Assembly (NCBI GenBank): GCA_977017645.1 | Contig: OZ360240.1 | Coordinates: 37,076,001-37,140,000 of the forward strand | Origin: Torpedo marmorata | Lineage: Eukaryota | Length of the DNA stretch: 64,000 nt | Direction of reading: 5' to 3' | Shown here: one piece after another, positions 24,946 to 35,160 of the stretch | How the letters are laid out: the number at the start of each line of letters is the position of its first letter | Position numbering within the stretch: position 1 is the first letter of the stretch | Notes under the pieces: model-generated | Database searches by the model: none | Seen by the model: only the letters and a program-made list of their open reading frames with translations | Told to the model about the DNA's origin: nothing | Program-made: the position numbers and the translations under genes

Positions 24946-25962
24946 CCGTCATATAAGACCCCCCCTTTTTCCCCCAAAAAATTGCCTCAAAAACCACCCC
25001 GGGTCTTATACGCGAAGGTGACATTTTGGTACCGCTATTTTGGGCACTGAGTGGAGTCCAGGAAGCGGGTCCGCAGCTTCGCAGACCACTTTTCCTTGGG
25101 TGGCCCGTACTTTCCAGAGTCGCCGCCGCTCACTTCCCCCGGTAAGAAGGCTCGCTCTCTCCCTCCTTCCCGCCCGCCCGCTCTCTCCCTCCCGTTCGCT
25201 CTACCCGCCCACTCTCTCTCCCTTCCGTTTGCTCTCTCTGCCCGCTCGCTCGCTCTCACCCGCTCTCTCCCCGCCCATTCGCTCTCCCCGCTCGTTCGCT
25301 CTCCCCGCCCGCTCGCTCGCTCTCCCCGCCTGCCCGCTCGCTCGCCCACTCTCTCCCTGCCCGTTCGCTCTCCCCGCCCGCTCGCTCGCTCTAGTCCGCC
25401 CTCTCCCCGCCCGTTCGCTCTCACCAACAGTGCTTTGAGGGGAGTGCTGGGCCTCGATGATCAGCCTTTGTTTGACGAGCACGGACCCTCGAGCAAATTG
25501 AATGAGGCGCGGGGGCGGGTGGCAGTGAGCGAGCGGCCTGTCAAGCTCAGCTCAACAGGTCGCCCGCTCGCTCACTGCCACCCGCGCCTCATTCAATCTG
25601 TTCGGGGGGCCGTGCGTGTCAAACAAAGGCTCAGCATGGAGCCTGATCACCGAGGCCCAGCGCTCCCCTCAAAGCAAGCGATCGATTGTCTGCTCCCCGC
25701 GACGGTGGGCCTGGGCCCTGCCCGTTGTCCTGGCTTCTCTCCCTCCCACCCTCGCGCGCCCGCAGGTCCCCGCACACCTGTCAATCAATTAGCGTTTGGA
25801 CGTTGGTGGGGAAGCAGCCTGAGCCTCGGCGTGCGGCGGGCAGGAGAACGTGTTGCTGCTGTGAAGGTAAATACACTAAAACAATTTTTTCCTGAAATCT
25901 CATGCTAAAAATGGGGGGGGGGGTCCTATATGCCAGTGGGTCCTATATGCCATCAAATACAG
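24946..25962. mobile_element. Non-autonomous Tc1/mariner-superfamily (Tc2/pogo-like) element with GC-rich palindromic interior
   Basis: TA|CCGT-CATATAAGACCCCC at left and GGGTCCTATATGCC...AAATACAG|TA at right (repeated subterminal motif, TA TSD). Interior has a (CTCG/CCCG) low-complexity tract at 25150-25425 and a fold-back at about 25430-25678. Confidence 0.75.
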
Positions 25963-26171
25963 TATTCATGAACCAATACTGTTTTATAAGTGAAAAGGTG
26001 ACACAAAGCTTGTAAATGCAGTTTGGGAAGGACAGGTTAGCATACTTGACACTTGAAATTTAATTTCAAGCTCTAAGGTGATGCATTTTGCTGGGAAGAA
26101 TAAGAATAGCAATTTGAAACTAAATTTTACAATTTTGATGACGCCACAGAAGCACCAGGACATTTTTTAAA

Positions 26172-26335
26172 GTGCAGCTGCTGGAAATCTGAAATAAAAA
26201 CAGAAAATGCAGCAGGTTAGGCAGGATCTGTGGAAAGAGAAATATAGTTATTGTTTCAAGTTGAAGGCCCTTCATTAGAACTTTAAAACATTAGATTTTG
26301 CCTGACCTTCTGACTGCTTCCAGCATTTTCTGTTT
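26172..26335 (-). mobile_element. Older Penelope-derived fold-back fragment with degenerate hammerhead
   Basis: aaaacagaaaatgc ... gcattttctgtttt inverted ends. Minus strand reads CUAAUGA-agggccuucaacuu-GAAA. Related to 54063-54240. Confidence 0.6.
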
Positions 26336-27013
26336 TGTTGCAGAGAGGCCTAAGGTATCAATTGTGGAGGAACACGTAACCTCTCTGTCTGGAACATTGT
26401 GGATTGCAGAGAGTCACGTGTCCTCCCTGTCTGAAATTTATTCGGAAGTCGCATCACCTGCCAATCAAGGTTGGACTCCGGCACACCTTGCTGTTGGCTC
26501 ATTTAAATTATTTAGGGTCATCATTGGCTTATCGCCCAGCTCAGAACTGTATAAAACATCGATGCATAGCACATTTCTCTCTCTCTGCCTCGTGGTCCAA
26601 GCCCCAAACATCGCTCTACGCTAGGTCGCTACTGTGGACATCGCTGGAGGAGTCACGGGTAAGGTGTGCACTACACCTAAGCTGAGCCGTAGTACTGCGA
26701 TAGATCAGTGCTTGCAGACAGCCGCATCCCTATTGGTACAGGGAACCGGGAGTGTGTTTGAAAATCCCTGTCTGTAGAGTGTGTACACGTGCATGAGCGT
26801 GTAGAAGACAAGCGGCCATTGGTATCAGAGTCAAACCTGGGTCCAATGTGAATGTCTATATAGTTGTTTAGTAGTAGAGTAATTAAGTATCATTTGACGT
26901 TCTCCCCTGTTTGTCTCCTGTGTGTTCAATAAAGTTACTTGTAATTGTAACACTTGTGTCCAGACTCGTCTCTCTGTGAACCCACCGAATCTGATACTCT
27001 TCCAAACACAACA
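26336..27013 (+). mobile_element. Solo LTR-like element
   Basis: TGTTG...CAACA termini. CCAAT (26461), TATAAAA (about 26550) and AATAAA (about 26928) in U3-R-U5 order. No clear TSD. Confidence 0.65.
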
Positions 27014-27039
27014 AAGGTACTTAAACATATGATTTTGGT

Positions 27040-27380
27040 GGTTGCAGGTCACAAAACAATTAATAGGCAATGAAGTACTTTAAAGTACAGTGACATTAGT
27101 AATGGAGAAAATGCAGAAGTCAATTTTCACTTTGTGAATCAGTATGGGAAAGCATGTCGCTCTCACCTTCAAAGTGGATCTTTTACATCCACCGAGAGAA
27201 CAGGTGGAGTCTTAATTTAAAGTTTAATCTAAAAGAAACATATAGAATTGGGCAGATAATTCAGTACTGCACTGAAGTTTCAGTCTAAACTTTTGCGCAA
27301 AGCTCTCTGGAATAACACTCGAACCCAGAACCTCTGAACCCAAAGGCAAGTCACACCATTTGAACCTGAGATAACTGCTT
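27040..27380 (-). mobile_element. Old Deu-domain SINE remnant
   Basis: ttcagtactgcactgaagtttcagtctaaact...ctcgaacccagaacc (reverse B-box-like). Related to about 3400-3770. Confidence 0.5.
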
Positions 27381-27526
27381 ACCTCAAGAACTCTCAAAAC
27401 GAAGGACACTATGCTCAAAGTGACTTTAATTTACAGAACATCTTTCACATTTGTTTCACGATAACCCAAAGTGCTTTATAGCCATGAAGTGATTTTTTTA
27501 ACGTGCAGGCACGCAATACAGAATTA

Positions 27527-28299
27527 ATTCAAGATTCAAGATTCAATCTATTGTCATAGTAATAAGACAGTGTCATATTCCATGAAATTTCTTTTTGCCT
27601 GCTGCAAGGCAGACAGATTCGCCACCGGCAGAAATTGCCTAAGCGCCTCTAACATTCCTTACAGTCAGAGAAAGAGAAGCAAAAGAGAGCCCCCCCAGAG
27701 TCACCAAGTGTCCATAGATTCGCCTCCAGCGCTTCCGCAGCTTCCGCAGCCACACAGAGTCCAGTCCAAACCATCGGCAACCCGAGTTCCAGATCCAAAC
27801 CTCCAACACGGTCAGGTCACCCTCGGCACCCCCTCGCATCCCGGTTCCGATACTTGGTTCTCCTCCAGCCAGTTCGAGTCAGCCTCCAGCAGTCCCCCGA
27901 TAGCAGTCTACAGCAGCCCACAGCCTCCTCGGGTTCCTCACCTCGAGTCGCAAGCAGCCCGCCGCATGCACTGGTCCTTCAGCCTCAGAGCCCCTCACTG
28001 GTCTGCCACCGTGGTCACCATCCCGTGGGTCATCTCCTCCGTTTCTCCTTCTCAGACGGGGGTGATCTTCCCGTCCTCTGGTGCCCTGCTCCAGTCCTCC
28101 ACTTCCCCGGAATCTGCAGCTCCTCATGGCTGCTGCCGGTTAAAAGGCGCTGCCATCTTGGGCGCAGACCCCGTGGTTGCGGGATCTTAAATAAAACCAC
28201 CGTCGGCTCCTTCAAAGCCCGTGCGGAACCGACTGCAGTCGACTAGGCGGCTGGACCCCGCGGGAGCGCTGTACCTCCGCTCCCACGCTCCCCACGGGT
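27527..28299 (-). mobile_element. GC-rich non-coding retroposon with (ATCTTGA)n tail (copy 2, longest)
   Basis: Starts with the reverse-complement tail (TTCAAGA)n. Collinear with 12801-13517. Confidence 0.78.
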
Positions 28300-28329
28300 C
28301 ATATTACACAAATATGAATGATTGTAGTC

Positions 28330-28795
28330 ATTTTGGGATGCCATTCATCATTATAGGAAGTTGTCAAGTTTTTCTTTGCAGGTACATGAGAGGTTTAATA
28401 AAATAACACAAGGTATGTGGAGAGACTGGAGAAGTAGGGAATTTTTGCCCCAGAGCAGAGTACATTAATAACAAATATGAAAAGAGGGAATTTGATCATG
28501 AAGAGTTTTGATAGGATAAGGAGTGGTAAACGAGTCAGTAACCAGAGGGCATAGATTTAATATATTTCCATCAAAGCACTTGAGCCAACACAGCAAGTGA
28601 TTGTGATCCAGAAATATACTGAAAGGATGGAGAAATTCAATGGTAACAACAACCAAAAGGGAATTCTATAAATATTTTAAGGCAAAACATGTGAACTTCT
28701 ATGGGGAAAAGGGAATTGTAGGATAATGGTTACGGTAATTCCAGAAAAAGATCAAGCCACATTGGGCCAACTAATGTATAATTCTATGATTGTTT
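28330..28795 (+). mobile_element. Degraded CR1 3' fragment
   Basis: agactggagaagtagggaattttt...accagagggcatagatttaa...ttctatgatt tail, a CR1-type pattern. Confidence 0.5.
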
Positions 28796-31269
28796 GATAA
28801 CGGACAAAGCTGTGATGCTGTGCAGAACTGAAGGGCCTCTCTAAGCTCAAACATGAAGATTGGTTAAATAATGAATGAATTATTAGCAGGAAACTGGCAG
28901 CAATAGAAGAACAATCTATCATGACTCATGGTCCAAGAAAAATGTTGCGAAAATAATGAGAACGTTTAGAATTATACATTGAGGAATATTCAAGGGACTA
29001 TTGCAATGAGTAGGTTTAAATGCAATAGCATTACAAGGGCATCAAAACAATTCTACATTGTAGCCATGAGAGTGCACTAATTTAAGGTAAAACTTCATTG
29101 TACTATACGTGGTACATTATTATTCTTGGTTATGTTAATGAAAGGAGTAACAAAATATTTTCTGCATATAGAATGCCCTACATCACATAATTCATTAGAT
29201 ATGTGTCTCATTATTGTTGGGATCCTGCTATTTGCAATATGATTACAGAATTTTCTCAATTAACAATAGTAAGTACATGTCAAATTAATTCATTATCTCT
29301 GAAGTGCTTTGGTTGGTGCCACAAGATCTGAAGAGATGCTGTATAATTGTACATCATTTTTATTATAGCAACAATTATATTTTGACTGCACGTTCCTTTT
29401 TTAGCACAGGCCATTTAAAATAAGTATACTATGAAAGTGATGTGGTAAGGGTGCTACAAATTGTTTTGTTTGAAATCAGTCAGAAACAGGATTGAGCCAA
29501 TCCGTTATTGAAATTCCTATTAATGGTGAACAGAATAAAAAGAAAATTCTTCAAATAATTCTAAATGTTTCACGTTGAAAAGATAATTTGAATCATTATT
29601 GGTGGGACTCGCATCATTCCGACAAGGGGGGATGGGGAGATTTTCTTGTTTCAGGCAACACTAACTTGAAGATCCCACCTCCCTCCTCCTTCTGCAGTCC
29701 CTCGGGATCGAGTGTGTCTTGCTCCTACTTTAGTGGGTACTGAGGTGGCTAATGAGGCCAAGGTGGGAACCTCAGCCTTCTGTAGATGTGAGAGGAGGTG
29801 TTTGGTAGGTGGATAATTTGAGCCCCCATTACATATGCAGTTATTTTTTTGCTCCAACTGCTATCTCTAACCAGATTGAAACAAAAGTTGTACATTTTTC
29901 AGTTTGGGGGAATGAAATGTTCAACTCTAAGTGTCATATAGGAGGCTATATGTAATTAGTGGCCTCATTTATATAGCGACTTATATTTTATTTTTCATTT
30001 GTTCCACTTCACTCAAAAAGAGCTTTCCGCTTAAATTGCGGGAGATGGTGCTTAGAAGTAATGCTTCCCGCGTTTGTCCATTCATGGCTCCACTAAAACT
30101 GAAAACATTCGTTATCTAAGAGTTATATGACGACGGACCTGTTTCTCCTCCACGACTGGAGGTGCGGGGCAGGCCATCGGAAATCTGTACTGTTCAGAGG
30201 GTATAACCTGGGACAGGTTCACAGATCTCTCTCGTACTCCAACTCCCCTCCCATGTATTAGATTCATCGATTCACCCGTGGAACATGCATGGCTTGTCAG
30301 GGTCACGAGAAGAGTCAGTGAAGGCATTGAAAGGACCCCTCTTTGTGCAGCAGTCCTTTTGCTGGAGCCATTTTCTGCACGTCACTATGACAGAAATCAC
30401 TCGTCTTTCTCCCCACATGTCAGCGTGGACACGATTAAACATTGCAAGGAGCTTTATCTGCACCTTCGCTATTCTTTATCCGCCCCGGAACCAGGAAAAT
30501 AAATCCAGCTTTCGACCTCTCGCCAACTCTCGGCCAGGTCCTGTCCATTTTACTCCATCATTTCACCCATTACTCATTCGACCTGACACTGCATGTTCCT
30601 CTCCTCCTTTCGTACCCACTTGTCGCAGTGATGAATAACAAGCTCCCGATGCGTGGCTCCGGCTGTTAGAGTGTCCATTCTGCTGGCGAGGATAAAGACT
30701 TTCCCCCACCCCGCCACCCCCGCCAGTTGAATTGAAAGAGGGGAGTGGATACAGAAGCGCGGTCAAGCTGCTACCGAATGCCCTTCACACACCCCTCATC
30801 AATTAACCGCGCTGAAAAGGAACTGCTCGCTGCAGCCGCTACAAAAAAATGTTTCTGGTGAAAGGAAGGATTGATTATGTTTTCACAAAAGTATTCTGCT
30901 AAACAAAGAACAGAATAAAAAAATAAAAATAATCAAGCTTAAAAGAAGCAAGATGACTGCCGGCATAAATTATTCGCTCATAGATTTTTTTTTTATCCTT
31001 CGCATTACCCCTTATCTCGTATTCACTTGCATAGCGGTTGAGGAAAAATGGGGAAAGTGGCTGCTACTCGTTTAATAACGACCGATTCTTGAGCAGAACC
31101 AGCGAGGACTCGTACACCGGTGGCTTTGTTTATCCCCACTGGAAACATACTATGATGAGGAAGCAGATACAGCACTCCTGATGTAGGAGAGTAAAGACAT
31201 TCACAAGCAAAGAATGCATCGATCGTATGGCCTTGCTACTGTTGAAGTGAACTTTATAAATCTGGGTTT

Positions 31270-31350
31270 TCTACATTGAGCTCTCGGAAGGCCAATCGGA
31301 AGCAGCCGGCTCTCTCTCTCTCTCTCTCTCTGAGCGCGCTCTGGATTGCA
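31270..31350. promoter_or_regulatory. Candidate intronic promoter-like cluster (CGGAAG x2, CCAAT, (CT)n)
   Basis: ctCGGAAGgCCAATCGGAAGcagccgg(ct)n gagcgcg in a CpG-rich, repeat-free context. Confidence 0.3.
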
Positions 31351-32129
31351 GTCACACACGACACACGATACACACGAATAGGGTCCGAAGGGCAGGTTCG
31401 CGAGAACACGGTTCTGGGGGGCAGCCGCTAGCACGTTGCGACAGAACTCTGCCCACCAACGCATTGCGTAGATACTCACACAGTTTCTCCTTTCTTCCCA
31501 TCGGTTTCATTTTCCCTTTGCCTTTAAGACATGTTTTGTGTTGTATTTCTTCCTCGTCCCTGACCTTATTGGAAAAAAAAACTACTAAGAGTACCATGTT
31601 GTAGCCACTGCTTTCCAGGGAAGTCCCGACGCAAGTGTGAGGCAAAACCAGATTAGAGAGCACTTACTCCATTCATTCAACACAGCTTCACACAGGGACT
31701 TTCTCAATATTTTTCCTGTGCCCTGACATTAAAAGGCAGTTAGTTAAATGTAATTATTTCACATTAAAATACCGAGTACTTTTGAAGGATTATCACCTCC
31801 CCTCCCCCGCTATCTTTACTTTAAAGAATACATTTCCTTTCCCGGCTTGAAGAAGCATCTCCCACAACTGATCGTTTTAAAACTTGGCGTCCTTAATTTA
31901 GCTGTTTAATGAGGTATAAATTAATTAATTAAAACACAACTTTAGCCGCGGTTTAACAGAGCAAGTTAAAAGCGGTTTCAAGTCTAAACTGCAGTCAAAC
32001 AGAAAAAAATAAATAAGTAAATAAAATCAATTGAAAACAACAGCCAGATTGCCTTGTTTTACAGCGCTCTAGGTAATAAAACCGTGCAACTCTAAAGAAA
32101 CATGAAAGGCACTTGGTTTATTGTTCAGT

Positions 32130-32440
32130 GGTAGTAAAATTATAAATCCTTTCATGATAGTGAGCGTCAATAAATGACAGGGTGGGTTTGACTCTCCCTC
32201 CGGATGACAGAATTTGTGGCAGCGTCGGATTATTCGATGATTAACTCTCTCCGGTCTCCCTGGATTACACTCGAACCAGGGGGACTCAAGGATTTATTTG
32301 ACTGCGGTGACTTGCACTGAACATTGGACGAGTTGTTTTAACTGCCAGGCTCACACCAGATACCAACTCTTCAATTCCATGGCAAATAATATGGAGTGCC
32401 AGGAGTTGCACCATTATTTGTCCTGATTAAATTTGGAAAT
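32130..32440. promoter_or_regulatory. Candidate conserved non-coding element (intronic enhancer)
   Basis: Unique sequence with CAATAAA, two TGACAG (32175, 32205) and two TGATTAA. Conservation not tested. Confidence 0.35.
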
Positions 32441-33558
32441 ACAGGAGAAAGTTCCTTTATGTATTTGTGCAGAAATCATGAAATGTGTGCCCTTGCAACA
32501 CGTAGGACCAACATTTTCTCTAGTAATTGTTGGTAGGCTTCCACTCTAGTTTCAGAAAGATTCCATTGCAATAAAATCCCAGTGCAGCGAAATGCTCTTT
32601 ATAAGGAGTGGTTTTAAAAAAAAAATTCACCTCTGAACATTCGGCCCTTCTTCCAAATCTCAACTGCATTATGAATATAAACCCATAAACAGTAGCGGAC
32701 AAACCTTCGAGACGGGTGTGTTGACACAAGCATTGATTCCAAACACCGTGCGCAATTATTTTCTGTATGAATGCTAAGAACGTCTGGTTATTTTTGCTCC
32801 CCGGCTTTGAAATACCAACTGCAGATAAAGACATAGTCCTTCTGTAAATCATATTGACAGTACAATGAACCTGATCAATTCCCAATTCTCTTACTTTGCA
32901 AAATAATGCCAATCTGCTGTTTTCTGTGCTGGTTGTCAATATTAGCGTCTCTGCGCGTAAAAGATCATGATCGACATCTTGCCTGTCTCATTTGAAATCA
33001 ATACCATTGAACCAGCAACTTATTAATGTGTACGATATAGGATTCCCGGCGAGTTTTTTTTTAACCTGTTGATAAGAACAGTAATCGGTGACCACCACTT
33101 AGAATGATCAGTGCGCAGAAAGCAGTTAAGATCGGATACCCCTTTGGTACGCAAATCATTTCGCGCCTATAATAATGCCAATGAATATAGAACTGGGAGG
33201 ATCAAATTATCGCGTTAGTTATCCTTTAAGTAGATGATTAACAGTGTATGTTTATTGCTGCAATGTGGACGGCGGATCTGGGACAACCGATCTATGCCGT
33301 GCAAGCTCATAAAGATTTGCCCCGTTAGCCGTCGGGGGGTGGGGGCGGGATGGTGGGATTGAATGTCCTTCTTCGCTGTAAAGTGAAAGGACCGATACTG
33401 CTCGGAGATGTAAAGGGGTTATTATTGCTTTTGCTTTTCCTGATTTAGCTGGAGCTTTGGATTTGAATGCTTTCTCTCGCTGAAACGCTCACAGGATTTT
33501 CGGGTCAGGGCTGCGTGCAATGACCTGTCTTTAAAAAAAGATGGAAGTTTGCTCTTAC

Positions 33559-34576
33559 CTACGCACTCGTTGGACTCTCTGGCCGTGGCTCTCTGCCAGG
33601 GTCGATCGTAGTGGAAAGGTTTGCATCGGTCACATTCCGGGCCCGCGGTGTTGTGCTTACAGTCACAAACCAGGTTGCCGTCTCGATCCTTGATGCACCT
33701 GGACGCGTGGCCATTGCACTTACACCGGCCACCGACCTGTAGATCAGAGACTGCGTAATAGTAGGACTCCCTGGCTAGTTCCGAGTCGTCTTCATTCTCG
33801 TCCCCGAAGGTATGGAGACGGCTGAATGCCACCTTGATGTCTGTAGCAGTGACCCAGTCTTGAAGGACAGGGCTGTTGTCAAAATCGTGCGCCGAGGGGC
33901 GACCGTCCAAGGTGCTGAAAGCGATCAAGCCCCCCGTGAAAGGATGCATGTCGGTGTGGGAGTCGGTGCAAATGGCCTCTTGCTCATTCTGCTTCGTGAT
34001 CACAGCCTTGTTGGGTTTGTTGTACATTTTTCTGCATTGGGTGGAGTAGAACTGAAAGGGTACCCAGGATTTACCGTAGTCCATCGATTTATAGATGGCC
34101 ATCGAGTCTGGCCGCGGGGAGCAGAATTGAAGACTGACGTACGTGACTTCGAATTTCTTGCCGAGGGAGAGAGTGAGGGTCACATTTTGAGGGTACTGGA
34201 TGTAATTCTCTGACTGCCAGCAGGTTAGGTTGTGAGGGTTGTTGAGATCGGTCAGGTAGGCTGGCGGGCGAGCCTTTTTAGGGTCCGTGGCATCGCAGAT
34301 GTGACAATTCCTGAACCGATCGTCTGCCTTTTCCGTCACCACACAGTACCTGGACGCGGGTTTGCCGCAAGTGCTGGACACTTTCACTTCCTTGCCGAAA
34401 GCGGAGTTGACGAAGTCGGGGATACAACGCCGGGGGTTGTTGTTCTCGTCGTAGCAGGGGTCTGGGGGAGTTTGTTGTGCTGCAAACATGCTCATGCCAT
34501 AGCCCCCGCGGACGCCTTCCACCAGGCAGTTCAGACCCAGGAAAGCGCAGACAAACTCCCAAAAAGTCAACAGCAT
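33559..34576 (-). CDS. ntn1: Netrin-1, first coding exon (signal peptide, laminin N-terminal domain VI, EGF V-1); partial CDS
   Basis: 339 codons + 1 nt. Sequence PDPCYDE...[24 protein letters not shown]...[15 protein letters not shown]...[15 protein letters not shown]...[11 protein letters not shown]...[20 protein letters not shown] closely matches vertebrate netrin-1. Ends at donor G|GTAAGA (intron starts 33558, phase 1). ATG has A at -3. Confidence 0.96.
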
Positions 34577-34623
34577 TTTGTTCTCCCTTCACAGTGTAGC
34601 CTCGAGACATACGACGAAGGATC
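34577..34623 (-). other. ntn1: 5'UTR part of the ntn1 coding exon, preceded by a splice acceptor
   Basis: Minus strand ttgcgtttctgtatttttcccccAG|GATCC: polypyrimidine tract with AG at 34625-34624. Confidence 0.75.
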
Positions 34624-34768
34624 CTGGGGGAAAAATACAGAAACGCAATGCTCAGGAACGTCAATTAACATCAATTAAAAGAGTAAAAAAGCTTCCCACA
34701 TTCTGGTAACATTAAGTTTTTAGATTCCTTTTCATTCCCTCGGTGACTATGCTCTGGTGGAGTGTTAC

Positions 34769-35160
34769 CTGTAACACGATTTGATTGAAAGCAGAACAAT
34801 GCAAAAACCGATGCCCTTTTCTTTAGCTAAGAGACCGCTTTCTACACTGTGCATCAGTCATTTCCATACCCCAGTATCGAGGAGAGTCTCCCTTTCCTTT
34901 GGGACTCTCTGTCTCTGCGCCTTGTGTCTGCATAGAAAGTGAATGACGTGCACAACTCTTGCTAGCTCGAGGTCATTCTGTGCCCTGACTGAGAGTGTCA
35001 TTCTACACACAGAGGGAGCGAAAACAACGACATCCACTGGTAGTTTATCAATAGCAAGCAGACATTCTTTCACATGGAGCTCAAACCACAGAACGAGCCC
35101 AATTAGACTGTTTACAGCCTCTGCAATCATTGAACACTGCCGTTCAAACTGCTGTTGTCT
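34769..35160 (-). other. Candidate proximal non-coding first exon of ntn1
   Basis: Donor-like CAG|GTAACA at 34769/34768 would give a 145-nt intron to the 34624 acceptor. The 5' limit is a guess. Confidence 0.35.

Noticed and set aside
25035-25908. Long Arg/Pro/Ser-rich ORFs (up to 285 aa)
   Set aside because: They come from GC-rich low-complexity sequence inside a non-autonomous DNA transposon.
27570-28246. 206-aa and 130-aa ORFs
   Set aside because: They lie within a GC-rich repeat, and the frames are not preserved in the other two copies.
33422-33558. C-terminal 45 aa of the 384-aa ORF (GKSKLPSFF...) as part of netrin-1
   Set aside because: It is read-through past the G|GTAAGA donor into the intron. 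Netrin similarity ends at ECV.
1-33558. Downstream ntn1 exons (CNCNLHARRCRFNMELY...) or a nested host gene
   Set aside because: No such peptide was recognised in the ORF track or by reading. Short exons could be missed by eye.
33812-34678. Plus-strand ORFs 33812-34213 and 34232-34678
   Set aside because: Antisense shadows of the netrin-1 exon with no independent evidence.
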